Origin: Camelus ferus
Lineage: Eukaryota
Assembly (NCBI RefSeq): GCF_009834535.1
Contig: NC_045697.1
Span: 5,396,001 to 5,460,000, forward strand
Length of the DNA stretch: 64,000 nt
Reading direction: 5' to 3'
Below, in pieces: positions 48,061-60,420 of this stretch (positions are counted from its first letter, which is position 1; each line of letters starts with the position of its first letter). Position numbers and translations under genes: made by a program. Below the pieces are notes generated by a model. That model searched no databases, was not told where the DNA came from, and saw only the letters and a list, made by a program, of their open reading frames with translations.

Positions 48061-48631
48061 TGTCTGGGATAAAGTGCCCACAGGGGATGGCAGTGTCTGC
48101 ACCAAATTTTCCTCTGGGACCCAACCTACCCTATTTCATGTCTTGGTGGACAGGCAATCAAGGCACCTGATCCAATCTGGCCATGAGCTGAGCAAGTGAC
48201 CCAGGTTGGGCCAACCAGGTATTCTCTCCTGAGGATTTCAGGATAGAATGACTCAAGGCCAGATTGGCTGACACCAAGTTGTTCTGACTTCTCCTGACTT
48301 CCTTGTACGTAGAAGCACAGTTTCCTCAGTTCCTGTCTTTCTGAGGCCCAGTGGTTCAGTGTCTCTTGACTGACTTCTGCGAACTACCCCAAATCTTGGA
48401 AATAAACATTTTTTGTTTTCTAAAAATTTGCCGGAGTCCATTTCTGTAGCTTGCCTCCAAAGAACCCTGGTGGGTGCTCACTTCAACAGCACATATATTA
48501 AAAACTGGAAGGATACAGAGAAGATTAGCATGGCCCCTGAGCAAGGATGACATGTAAATTCGTGAAGCATTCCATAATTTTTATGTATACCAAAAACAAG
48601 AGAAAACAAAACAAAGAACCCTGGTGGATAC
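48061..48631 (+). mobile_element. Old LTR (MLT1/LTR16-like) hosting the U6 retrocopy near its 3' end
   Basis: gcaagtgacccaggttgggccaaccag...aataaacatttttt...tttctgtagcttgcctccaaagaaccctggtgg[U6]ataca. Confidence 0.5.
48474..48582 (+). pseudogene. RNU6: Full-length U6 snRNA retropseudogene
   Basis: gtgctcacttcaacagcacatatattaaaaactggaaggatacagagaagattagcatggcccctgagcaaggatgacatgtaaattcgtgaagcattccataattttt aligns end to end with U6 (ACAGAGA box intact, many CpG-type changes). A-rich tail; perfect 16-bp TSD caaagaaccctggtgg at 48458-48473 and 48612-48627; no upstream PSE/TATA recognised. Confidence 0.96.
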
Positions 48632-50549
48632 AGCACATCTATTTTTTAAAATTGCTGTGTGGATGGGTGAACGAATAAGCCTCTTCTTGAGGGCAGAGAG
48701 AGCTGATCAGACAGGAAGGGCAGGGGGAAGGGAAGGCACTGGCAGCAGAGAGATCACCATCCACAAAGATCCTTGGAGATCCACATGCTGGCTGGAACGC
48801 TGCAGCAAAGTGGGGTGGGAGGAGTCCTGACTTCAAAACCCAGCCTGAGACTCAACATGGGGCAAATCCCCATCACTGCCGTGAAAAGCACGCTTTGTCC
48901 TCCATGGAGCTGCTGGGGGCCACGTGCCGAGAGCATCCCCTTAGAAAGTGTACGTCCCAGGGACACGCGCTGTCATCTTGGCCTCCTTACTGTGTGTTCA
49001 CTGTGGTTTGACACGAAACAGAGAGAAGATGCGCAAACCTACCCAGCAGCTTCGGGCGGTGGGACTGGGGACAGGACGGAGCTGAGGGTGAAACTCTGGG
49101 TGATGCCCCCTTCCCAAGGTTTTGATGGAGAACTTGGGGCGCAGGGCAGTGCCGCACAGCAAGTTGAGAAACCAAGGCCTGATGCCGCCAACGATGCCCT
49201 GTGGCAAAGTTGTCTTACTTGGATAAAAATCGACCATCTCTCCCTTATGTCTTTCAAAAGGTGGGCTCCAGATGGACTCAAGCCTTAGATGTGAACATTA
49301 CAATAACAAAGCCAAAGAAAGCCTGAGGATGTGTCTGTGTGCCCAAGGAAAGAATGATTCTATTCCAAAAGACCCTAAAAGTGCAAGACAGAGGGGAGAA
49401 AAAAAATGACGGATCTACCTGCATCCAAATTAAGGATTCCTGTGCATAAAGGAGGGCGCAGGAGGAGGCAGCAGACGGAGCACATGGCTAGGACCCCGAC
49501 TGCCAAGTGGCCACAATTCAGAACATACAGGAACTCTCAGAACAAGAAGAAAAGGACAAAAGTTCTGAAAGGAAAAAAAAAACCCCACAAAGGTGGAGCA
49601 GAAGGTGGCATTATTAAATGCCTACTAAGAGATGTTCAAACTCAGTGAAAAGAGACACAGTGATGTTCAAAGTGAGGCCCAGCTTTAGCCTCATTATGCA
49701 AGAGAGGCCCGTTGCTGAGCGGTCCGGCTGATGCTGGCGGGAGTGTCTGGAGAGCTGCGCTCCCTCGTGCACAGTGAGTGGGACAGGCCGGCCTGGGTCC
49801 CTGGGCCTCCATCCTGGGGGTGGGTGTAGGATGCCGGGCAGCCATCACATAGGGCTCTGGAGGGGCAGGACACAGATGCCCACGTGGCCACGGGGAAAGG
49901 GAAACTGGGGACACCCTGGCGCCCACCCCCCACGAGGAAACACTTGTAGCGGTCCAGGTAGGGGCTCCAGGTGTCTGACGTCATGGAGTTGGGCAAGAAG
50001 CAAGAAGAACAAAGGTGACCATCTGAGGTCCCAAAGCAGGGCCCGCATTTCTTGTTCCAAGCACTGTTTGGCCACTTTCTAGCTATCTGGACTGGGGCAG
50101 GTGACACCCCTGAGCCTCTGTCTCCACATGTGCACTGGGGGCAAACAACAGCTTCCTCCTCTGGCAGACTTGGGGGTGGTGAGTCCTGGAGAGGCGGCAC
50201 CCCCAGCGCGGGGCCATAGTAGGTGCTCAGTAAACAGTAGTCAGCAGCCCTTACAAACACTGCATCTGCAGCAAGGCGAGGCCCCCGCGCAGGAAGCTGC
50301 TTGTCCTCACTCCTCGGGACCGCCTGCTACCCAGCCAGTGTCCCTGGGACCTTGTGGGCACTGAGTTCTTCACTTACGCTGCTCTGGCAGTTGCCTCCAG
50401 CCTCCCTCCTGGGTGTGTTAGAAGCTGCACTTACCACCCCCGCCCCCCAAGCTCTGTCCTGCCACAGGAAATGGAGCAGGGCTGATCCTGAGGCCAGAGT
50501 GGCCCTCTGCACCGGCTGTTCCTTCCTGCCCGCCCCCACCCCTGCTCTG

Positions 50550-50880
50550 GGGCCCTGATTAGCCCGGGTATTGGATGACCCCTGCTCTTCTTTTCTTCCC
50601 CGCAAGGGTTAATCAGCCTTCCTGCTGGGCGGCTGGGAGGCTGGAAGGAGGCAGCGGGCGGCCAGCGGCAGGAGGCTTTCATTACTTTGATGGGATGCAT
50701 GTGCTCGGCTTTATCTCCGGCCCCTTTCTCCCTAATTCAGCGCTTGAACGTCTCAGCTGTCGGCCGACCTGCAGACAATTGCTCGGGGTAATACTATCCG
50801 GAAAAAGCTGATAAAACGCAGATGTGACGAGGCCTCTGAAATTTGCGGTTTGCTAAGTGGTTTGCTGCGATGCTCGGCCC
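50550..50880. promoter_or_regulatory. Candidate conserved enhancer (CpG-retaining)
   Basis: Repeat-free; tgattag, ttaatcag, cattactttgatg (TCF-like), ctaattcag, acaattg, tgataa. Confidence 0.4.
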
Positions 50881-51409
50881 GTGGCTTCCCTGAGAGGTTG
50901 GGAACGGAGAGGGTGGGAGTCGCAGTTTTTCAGGTGAAAGGTTGCAGAGAGTAAGTGGCTGTAGAATTTATTTTCTATAATTAGGAAGATGAGCAAATAG
51001 AAAGTGGAGAGCAAGGTGACCGTCCCACAGGACTCATGGGCTCACTGGACCCCTGGGTCCCATCCTAACCAGCCTGCAGGGGTCTCTCCCTGAGTGGGGT
51101 TGCCCCCCCGGGGGGCTTCCTCTATGCAGCTTGGAGTGGGTGTGGTGCAGGAGCTCCTGGCGGGAAGCCTGTGTGATCTTGGGCAAGTCACCTGACCGTT
51201 TGCTCAGCCGACTCAACTGAAAGACCAAATTGCTAACAACCTCGGTTACTTACCATGTGTGATACAGGATGTCAGGCACACAGTAGGTGCTCAGTGAATG
51301 GTGCTAACTTTTCTTCACTTGTTGAGGATTCCTAGGTGACCCGGAGAGCAAAAGCGACAGGAAGCTGACCTGAAGGGGCTGAATCCCAGGTGGGTGGCAG
51401 AGTCCCATC

Positions 51410-51504
51410 CCAGAGGTCAGGATGGCCCCAGAACCTGCATTTCTCATGAGGTCCCAGTGAGGCTGAGGCCCCTGGTCCCTGGACCACACTGTAAATAGCA
51501 CTGG
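51410..51504. mobile_element. MER5A-like hAT-Charlie relic
   Basis: ggccccagaacctgcatttctcatgaggtcccagtgaggctgaggcccctggtccctggaccacactgtaaatagcactg. Confidence 0.7.
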
Positions 51505-52339
51505 TGGGAGGACCCCAGGCACATCAGGCTGGAAGGAGGCTCTGGGCACATCCAGTGCTTCCCCTCTCAGCCTCGAGGAAGTCTCCACTGACCAGACAGG
51601 GCAGGCACCGTGGCCGGTGTTACCCAGCACACCAGAGGCAGAGCCAGGCTGAGGGGCGACCCCCCCCTACCACGCCTCGGATGACCCACCTTCCTCCACC
51701 GGCCAAGAGCTGTATTCAGACAGTAGGCGCACATCCATGTGAGAGTATCCCAGAGCGAGCAGGCTTCACGGTGTCCTTCCCAAGTCGCTCTGATGACAAA
51801 GGAGAAAGTACCCAAAGTGATACCGTTGTGTGCTAGCCTCGGGGCCAGGCCACGGGGTTCTCAAAACAGGCGATGGGTCTGACTCAGGGCAGCAAATGCT
51901 GCCGTCTGCATCGGTGTGCTGGCGCCTTCACAGGGACCAATAATCCCACAGAGGGAGCCTGCGATTAGGTGGCCGCTGCTTCCGAATACCTGTCAGTTCT
52001 CTTTTATGCTTATGCTAAGGTGAGAAGAGCCAAGGTGCATCGGGTCCCTCCCCCGATCTTTACCGCTTGCCCTTGGTTCCAGTGATGAGTGGCTCATGCC
52101 CATTTTCAGTTCAGAGAAACTGAGGCCCAGAAAAGATATGTCGTTTGCTTTCTCCCAGCTGGTAGGGGCAGAGCTGGAATCCCAACTCAAGTGTATTTAG
52201 GAGCTTCCGGCTCCAAAGTCACACGCTTGTGTCTGTCCATGCTGCCCCTGGACAGACAAACATCACCCCTGGATCAGGGGACTAGGGGGGAGGGCAGTGG
52301 GGGTACAGACACTTCAGCCAGCTCCAAAAATTAGGGCCC

Positions 52340-53200
52340 CTGCCTGGGTTTTCCCTTGAAAAGGCCAGCCGGCCTTCAGAGGGCCTGTCTGCAGTTCCCA
52401 GCTTTCAAAGAGAGAGGGCGTCTCTCCCCCTGCCGGGTGTGGGCAGAGCTGGTAGCAATTTTCCCACAATGTGTAAATTAGTCAATCTCCGAGTCTGTAA
52501 ACGGGGGCCTTTGAAGGGACCTTAATGAAGCACTCCATTAGGGCTTAATGATGGCCGCCTCGAGCATTACTGGCCCAAGTGCCTTTTGATGTCTTGGGGC
52601 CACGGGTTGGAGGCTCAAGTTATCTCAGTGCCCCGGCGGGCTTAAAAAAAAAAAAAAAAGGCAAAAAGCCCCCTTAGAGAAGTTGAAAAATTTTTAATGA
52701 AAAAAGTTAGTCCTGGCCTGACTGATGTTGGCACTTCAAAGCCAGTGCACACTAAATTGCTGTAGACTGCTTAATTCAAAAGTGCTCCCTCGCTGGTGAC
52801 AGCCCAATGGTGACAAAATACAATTGGCAACAGGAGCTGGGCAAGATCAAAGGCCGGCTATTGTAATAGTTTTGTTCCATGAAGAATTGCTTATTGTCAG
52901 GAGTTTTGAAGCCTTTTTCCTCCCCCTCTTCTTTTCTTTTTTTTTCTTTCTTTCATTCTTTTTTTTTCTTCCCTTTTTTTTTTTTTTCTGTGGCTCCAAC
53001 GCCATCTCGGGAACCTCTGGTTCAGAATCAGCGTACATAAATACTTGTAATTACATCCTTCTGATAATACACTTCAGTTGGCAGAGGCCACCACTGCCCG
53101 TCCTTCTCTCTGGAGGTTCACGGAGCCGTGTGGTTGGTTGGATCGTAAAAACCATTTCTGTGTTTTGGTTAGAAAAGATCCTATGAGGCACCCAGAGAGG
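52340..53200. promoter_or_regulatory. Candidate conserved enhancer with clustered TCF/LEF, SOX and homeodomain motifs
   Basis: TTCAAAG 52404, CTTTGAA 52509, TTCAAAG 52735, AGATCAAAGG 52844; ACAATG, ACAATTG and TATTGT; several TAAT cores; no interspersed repeats. Confidence 0.5.
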
Positions 53201-54539
53201 AAAATTAGAGCTGGGATCTGCTCGTCGTCCTGGGGACTATTTTAGGATTTAGCTCAGATTAAACCGCTGCCGGCCCAGGCCCTGGCGGGGCGGACGGGTA
53301 GCGCCAGAGGACCAGGTTCCGAGATCCCTCTTGACAATTCCAGATTCTCCCAATCTCAGTTTCCCCAGCTGTCACCCTGGGGCTCATTTTCTCACACCAC
53401 ATGCATTTATGGAGCTCTGATTTAGGAAAATTCTTGCCTTGTAAGGCTGTTTAAAAGTCCAGGAGAAAGTCAGTATGAAAGCACTTTGTGACCTGGAAAC
53501 TCCCTCTCTCCCTGCCTCTGGTTTTGGCGGGTCTGATCCTAGTCTCCACGGTTTACCTGCTCCATAGGCCACAGTCGTCACCCGGGAGCACAGAACCCAG
53601 AATGAGATGTTCTGGTGAGCTGGAGGGAGGTGTGAGTGAGGGAAAGTGTCCCCCGGCCTGGGTGTGCGTCCTCACTGCTATTCTCAGCAGTGTGACTCAG
53701 CTGGTTCATTTTACCCCCAAGAACCTCAGTTTCCTTCTCTGTAAAATGGGACTAACCATCCCTGTGCTGCCAAATCTCATGGTGTTTCCTGGCCTGACCC
53801 AAGGCCCAAAGAAAAGGATGCAGGAGAACTTCATAAACGACCAGACGGCCATAAACATCACAGAGGCAGTCCGAGTTATTTTTCCGACAGACGTGAGCCG
53901 GAGGAGGCTGTGGCTGGTTTGAGCTGGGTCGAGGCCAAGGATGACTGGGGACCATCAGGAAGCAGGAATGCTCCGGTTCCTTTTATTGCTTCAAATATTA
54001 GTCACCAGGAAGCCGCCCCATGAAGCAGACAAGCCTCGTATCATTTCCTCGTCTTGAATTAATTAAGAAGACTGGTATGGGGACAATTAGAGAAACCCGA
54101 GGCTGATGACATCTCCCTGTGATGGAATTTGCTCCTGCATCCACTCTGCCTCCCTCGCAGTCCCCCAGATATTGGCAGGTTTATTTTTTTCCAAAGTGTC
54201 TCAGACCCATTGTAGGACTGGATTAGGGATTCTGCAGACATTTGGGGGCACACAGGGCCCTGGGAGGGATGGGCTGTGGGTCAAGTTGATGTTTGTCTGT
54301 TTACACTGACAGCCTGTCTTGCTTCTCCACTTTCTTTTCAACCTAACTTCTCCGGCCACTCGCCCCACACCCGCCAACCTCGCCGATGTTTCTGTCTTTT
54401 GTTTTGAAATTCCATGGGCACCAAACATTCTAAATCCTCAAACATTTTAAGCAAACATTCTAGGGTGGCACTGGTCTAAAGCCAACTCTCTCCAGGGCTC
54501 CACCCCCACTTTCTGAGGGCGTCGTTCAAATGTCCACAG

Positions 54540-54990
54540 GCTGAGTCAGACCCCCAGTGACTCCGAGACCTGCCTATTCATCAGGAAGACACACACACTG
54601 GCCCCAGACCCGCCCGCTCACCATAATCACGCGCAGGTATGCGCAAACCCAGCTGAGCAATTATGAATAATTAAATCAATTAGAGACAGTCTAGCACCAG
54701 GGATTACGGCCGCTCGGATGTGGGCCTCTGTAATATTTTAACAGTAAACGCAAGAGCCCCAGAGAGGCTGGCGGGAAGAGGGGAACAAAAGCGGGTCCAA
54801 ATGCCAAGCTGTGTTGCTTGGTGACCCCCCTCTGCGGAATCGGCGGCCTTCCCAAGGAAAACAATGGCCGTGAAATGCCAATAAAATATTTGGGGGGCCA
54901 AGTATGAAAGCTTCAAAATGAGCTAATTAAAAACGGATAAAACACGAGTCTCCAAAAGTATGTTGAGTGAATTTAGTGCTTGAAATTTGA
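54540..54990. promoter_or_regulatory. Candidate conserved enhancer
   Basis: TGAGTCA (AP-1) at 54542; caattatgaataattaaatcaattag; ggattac; ccaataaaa (posterior HOX-like); ctaattaa; retains CpGs. Confidence 0.45.
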
Positions 54991-57900
54991 CAGAAGGCAA
55001 AGATTTTTGACCATGAAGCAGAACTTTTTAAAGTGGCAGAGCTGGGCGACTGGGTCGTTTCCTGCTAAACCAATCTCCCTCCTTTCAGGGAAGCTCAGGG
55101 GAGGCCCTGAAGGCCTCGACAGCCGTCGTGGGGCCACAGACCAGCCAGTGCAACTCTTTTAAGGCTGTCTCGGGAGTGGGGACCTAGAAGCCCGTTTTGG
55201 ATGCGGGCTGCGCACAAGGCAGGCAAACTCTGAAAGGGGAGTCTGAGAAGTATGGCGTCCCAGGGCAAAGTCCTGACTCCATTCACGCTAGCGTAGCAGC
55301 ACGGCAGCACTCCATAAATACCCAACAGTGACGGCCTGTGAGAATTACCGCTGCCGGGACTCAGTTCCCCAGAAAGCGACCAACGGGTCCAGATGGAGAA
55401 CGTGAGGCCAGGATTGAGGACGCATCCTTGCTTCTGGTGGAGACAGGATTCATCTCGGCAGCCCCGCTGGCTTGAGGGCCACCATCGAAGGTGCCAGCTT
55501 CCCCAGTCCCGTCGCCCCAGGGGCCTGGACGTGGTCAGGATCTCACTGGTTAAGTGTGGACGGTCTGGGGATCATTAGAGATATGATGGATTTGATGAAA
55601 TCAACAGGAACCTAATCGCTTTTCTGTGTTCTCAGAGTCTGAGCCAAGAGTGTAAATACCACCTGCTTTGGCTCAGCAGAGAGATGTGAACTGAGCCTTT
55701 CTAGCGACAAAGGACACATGTGCTTTTCTGAGTGATGATCTGTCCAGATCTGCTGACTGGGGCATATGTGTTATGCAAGAAAGAGTAGGAACTCCAAGGG
55801 TCGTCCCCAACAGCCAAATCCAGCCCTGTGCTTACAAGTGTAAGAGAACTGCCTCCCGTCCTCCGTGGGCCCAGCTGACTGTCTGTGTTGGTCGTTCACT
55901 CACAGAACGATCTTCGAGATTAGCACCACTGTGTTACAGAGGAGGCTACAGAGCTCGGAGAGGTCCAGGAACTTGCTCCAGGCCCCGCGTAACAAGGGAA
56001 AGGCCAAGATTCAATCCCAGATTTTTCTGGCTCGAAATTCCATGCATGCCATTCCTGCCTTCTGCTGCTTCTCTTGCAAGCCTGAATAGTGGGCTAACAG
56101 GGGGGATAAAGACATCCCAATGACTTGCTTCCCCAGAATGAATGTGTTCAGGTTCCTTGTCTGTAATTTTGCAGGGTGGTTGCAAAGATTAGCAATCATA
56201 CCCCTGTACAAACCAGATTTCCCCCAAATCCCAAGATCTGGAGACATGGCTTCTCCAAGGTCTGACACTGAGGGAGGGGACTCTCACCAGCACCAACCCT
56301 CCCATGTCACTAGTTCCCCACCCTGCTTTGGCTCAAGCAGTCTGCTGAGATTCTGGCCCCAGTGGCCTCGAAAGGGACCCTGGCACTTTTGAGAACCTTG
56401 CAGGACGTCTCAGGAGTAAGTCCTTTTCCTCCAGACTCTGCTAAAGCTCTTCCCTCACATCTGTTTGACGTCTGTGTCCACAGGGTGCTTCCACCTCACC
56501 CAGCAAATGTTGCCAGCAAAGCCCTGGGGTCTCAGGCTGCCCACACAGACGATGCTCCGTGGTAAGGTCTGGAGCTGGGGAATGACGTCCTCGCTCTGCT
56601 GAGGGCTGTGCTGTTAGAGAGTCGCTGCCCCAGACGGTGGGCACAAGGCCAAGCAATGCCATCTTCTCTTGAACCATATGTGGGTCTGCTCAGGGGATGG
56701 ATTTGGGTGAGGCTGCTGACCTGGGTCTCTCACTTCTAGAGACCCAGGCTTTGTCACTAGGTAATTTTCTTCCAACTACCATACATGCCTAAGCAAATAA
56801 CAGATCCTAGAATATATTCTTTGTCAGCAGGCTCTGCAGTTGCCCAGAGACCGACCTCGGGACCTTCTCCACCACAAGCCAGACCCACCCAGGGAGGTTT
56901 GCCCATCAGCAATGGATGCTCTGTGGGCTTACACTGGGATCCCTCTGCACACACGTGGCACCTCATAGAATGCCCTTGGTCCATATTAAACGTAAAATAA
57001 GAACACCCTTCTTAGTAGAAAGAGGAGAGGTTTGTTGACTGTAGGTCTGAAATCTGGTACAGGGTGAGCAGATGGGTGCTGTCCCGCTGGGCCTTTCATG
57101 ACAATAAGATCAAAGCGCCCTTTGGGGTCTGAGGGTGGAAGCAGGCCCACTCCACCCGTTTCGCTCGGCCGGCCCCTGTGAGAGCCCTGGCCGAGGAGGG
57201 CACAGGCCCTCTGCTCAGAAAGGCAGGCTCGCGCAGAGGTCCCGGAACCCCGGGAAGACCGTCTCCCACATTCTCATGGCCACCGGGAGAACAAAAGGGG
57301 TGGGCAGGAGACCCTGAGCGAACACACCTCCCCGAGTGGCCTCGGCCCCTGTGGGCGGGGGCACTTCTGCTGCAGGTGAGAGCCGGGGACCTTCTGTCAG
57401 GGCAGCGCAACCCCACCTCCAGTCTTGCTAAGAGCTTCCCAACGGCCAGCAGCCTAGTTATCAACTAACCCCACAGAAAACTTTGTAGGATTGAGGCATA
57501 AGTGACGGGCATGGGTGGTCAGAGGGACTAAAACCCAAATCTTTTCTATCTGCAGTGCTGTCCAGTACCCACCCTGCACCAACCCTGCACCCTAGCATCC
57601 ATCCCATGCTTACAAGGTGCTTCTGTCCCTGGCTGTGGACAGTGGGTGCAGATGATCGCAACCAGGTGGGAATCTGAGCTCCACCCCTTATAGCTTGTCA
57701 GCCAATCAGGTCACTGCTCCAGCCTCAGCTTCCTCTTCTAGGAAACGGGGACAACCCTAATGCAGGCCTGACTGTCACAGAAGAACCAGGGAAGGAAAGA
57801 AATGAAACAGTGGGTGAAAAGTGACTTGCAAACTGTAAAGTGCATGCACATCAAAGGCATCATTATTTTATCAGGAATTCTGTGGAATCAGAGACTTTAA

Positions 57901-59732
57901 GGGAAACTATCTTTATTTGGTTACCCCGACATGACTGTGAGGACTGAGCAAATCCCAAGTGTATATTCTTCCAAATATAGTCGTTTCCAACTGTGCTTCA
58001 CCCCTCGGGGGGCCAGCCGAGGTGAGGCAGTGCTCGGGGTCCACCAGCTCAGCTCTCTCTCTTTTCTGCTTTACAAATGGTGAGATTTCTGGACAGAAAG
58101 ATTCTAGTCCTCGACAGAGAGGTCTGAAAGCCACTCAGTGCCGCTGGCAGACTTGCTGTGGAGACAGACCCCCATAAATAGCCCAAGGCAGAGCCGCAGA
58201 GGAGAAAGCCAAGCCCTTGGCTGCGTAAAAAGGAAAACACAAACCCCATTTTCCCAGGGTGTGACAATGCCAGACTGGCCTCCTGAGATTCCCAAGAGAG
58301 CGATGGTTCGCGAGCCAGAGGGCTCCTGGCATCCGATTCGCTCAGATCCCTCCAAGTTCTCAGCTCTCCTATGTCCAGCCTCGCTGGGTGACCTCAATCA
58401 AGTTGTTTCCCCTCTCTGAGACTCAGTTTCCCCATCTGCACCCTGAGGGGGTGGGCTGGATGGTCTGAGGGCACCCTGTGAGCTCTGCCACCCTAACCCG
58501 CAATTCACCAAGACCCTCTTCCTGCTGTGCCCCTGTCGTCCCCTCTGAGCCCTGCCTCTGTCTCCTGGGGCTCCCGGCACCCCCATCTCCAGCCAAAGCC
58601 CCTACAAATCCGGACTTCCCCTCCTCCCCGCCACCTCCGCACCAGGCCACCGCAGAAAGCAGCAATGCGGACAGCAAGCAACGATGTTTTAATTTATTCG
58701 ATTAAATCACCATGTGGACAGAGGCTCTCGAAGGAATCTGCTCTACAGAACTTTTCGTTTAATAGAATTAGTTGAAACCAGATCAGCCGAGCCCCCGTTC
58801 CTGCAGGCCATCTGCCCAGACGGGGAAACGGCTTCCCTAAATAGAACCCCATGCTGCCGGGAGCCTCGTCTAAATGGCCGGCAGGGAGCTGCCCCCTGCA
58901 CCCGCCTGTCTGTTCAAATGGGTTCAAAGCCCTTCCCTTTGGGGCCAGCCGGGGCCGGCAGAGCTCACGTCCACTTCCAGCTAAGGCTGGGGAACTATAA
59001 TCAGATTCACATTCAGCTCCACCTGCAGAGGGACTCCTGCCAAAATCAAGAACTGTGCAAAGGCGAAGCCAATAGAGAGACTTTTAATTCAGAAAAGAAG
59101 TCTGTCAAGTTATTTGCCTGGACTCTTGAAGAAAATTAGATAAACTAACATTTACTCAGCATCTTAGTCTCCCAAGAAGTTTCCCACATGTTTTATTTAA
59201 TCCTTGTGACAATCCTGCAGGAAGGCCCTTGATGGTCCTTTTGTGGGCGAGAATGAGAGAGGTTTGGTAAGTTACCCAAGGCCACACAGCTGGGAGCGAG
59301 GACCTGAGCAGCTCTGAGAAACAAGTGGCAGCATTCGCCCAGCAGGCTGCCCTGAGACTGAAGTGGAGTGTGTACCTTCAGTGCCTCGCGATTACAAAAC
59401 TGCTACTTTTTGGCCCTTCTGGGCACTTGAGCCTTGGAGCTGCTGGTTTGAATCCCACCTCTGCCCATACTAGTTATATGGCCTGGGGGAAGCCACGTAC
59501 CCTCTCCGAATTTCACTGCTCTCATCTGTGGAATGGGAGAGGGCAGTGCCACCTCGCTCTCGGGGATCCAAAAGAGTCGATGTGTGGGAAACTGTCTGGC
59601 ACGCCGTTAGGCCTCGGTAGCCCAGGCTGGGCCTCCCGGGTGCCAAGGGGAGTCCTCCAGGTGGCCTCCTTGCTCAGAGAGCAAGTTCCCGGTGGGGTAG
59701 CCGCTCAGGAAGGGGGACACACCATCGAGAGC

Positions 59733-59931
59733 CAGGGCTAGCTAATTCTGGCCCTCGGGCCACATCCAGTCTGTCTGCTCTTGCGAGTGAAGTTTTATTG
59801 GCACACGGTCACAGCTATTCGGTCACATACTATCCGTATTGCCTGTGCGGGCTGTGACAGAGACTGCAAGTTCCGCAAAGCCTGAAGTATTTACTGACTG
59901 GGCCCTGACAGAAGAAGTTTGCCAACGTCTG
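59733..59931 (+). mobile_element. MER58A-like hAT-Charlie MITE
   Basis: cagggctagctaattctggccctcgggccacatccag...gaagttttattggcacac...gcaaagcctgaagtatttactgactgggccctgacagaagaagtttgccaacgtctg. Confidence 0.82.
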
Positions 59932-60039
59932 TTTCAGAGTGAGAGGGTTGTACAGTCGCCCCCAACCCCAGCCCCCCGCCACACACCCCCCTAAAGAGGC
60001 TGAGCACTGGTGGGGTCAGGGGGGAGCGGAAGTTACTCG

Positions 60040-60420
60040 GGACATTTCATCCTAATTGTTACTAAGCTTGTTTAACCTCTCGGGGTCCCACTCCCTGATC
60101 CCAGAGAACAGTTTGGGTCTGACATGTTTCGATGTAGCATTCCCGTCTGGAAAAGAAATTATTTACGGGCCCCGATTAGTCGGTCCTGAGGAGTTTAAAA
60201 GAAGGGAGGTGGGGCGGGGATAGAGTGCTCTGTTATCAACGGCCACTTTATAAGTCTGGGACTTCCACCGCAGGGAGTGGCTGCTGTATGGAATTGATAC
60301 ACAGGGAGATTTATAAGGTCAAGTTTTATGAGCCTACAGATTCTCGTGGCGTATTACCACATCCTTATTACAAGCTCATGCTGCTGTCCAGTTAAACCAA
60401 TGGAGCTAATATATTACTTC
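60040..60420. promoter_or_regulatory. Candidate enhancer with clustered TTTAY (posterior HOX/CDX-type) sites
   Basis: tttacg 60162, tttata 60247 and 60310, tttatg 60325, plus ctaattg and cgattag; repeat-free. Confidence 0.35.

Noticed and set aside
48474..48582. Functional U6 gene
   Set aside because: Many substitutions, an A tail, a TSD and no recognisable upstream Pol III type-3 promoter.
55585..55760. TGATGA and CTGA words suggesting a C/D box snoRNA
   Set aside because: Box spacing is too short or inconsistent and I see no terminal stem.
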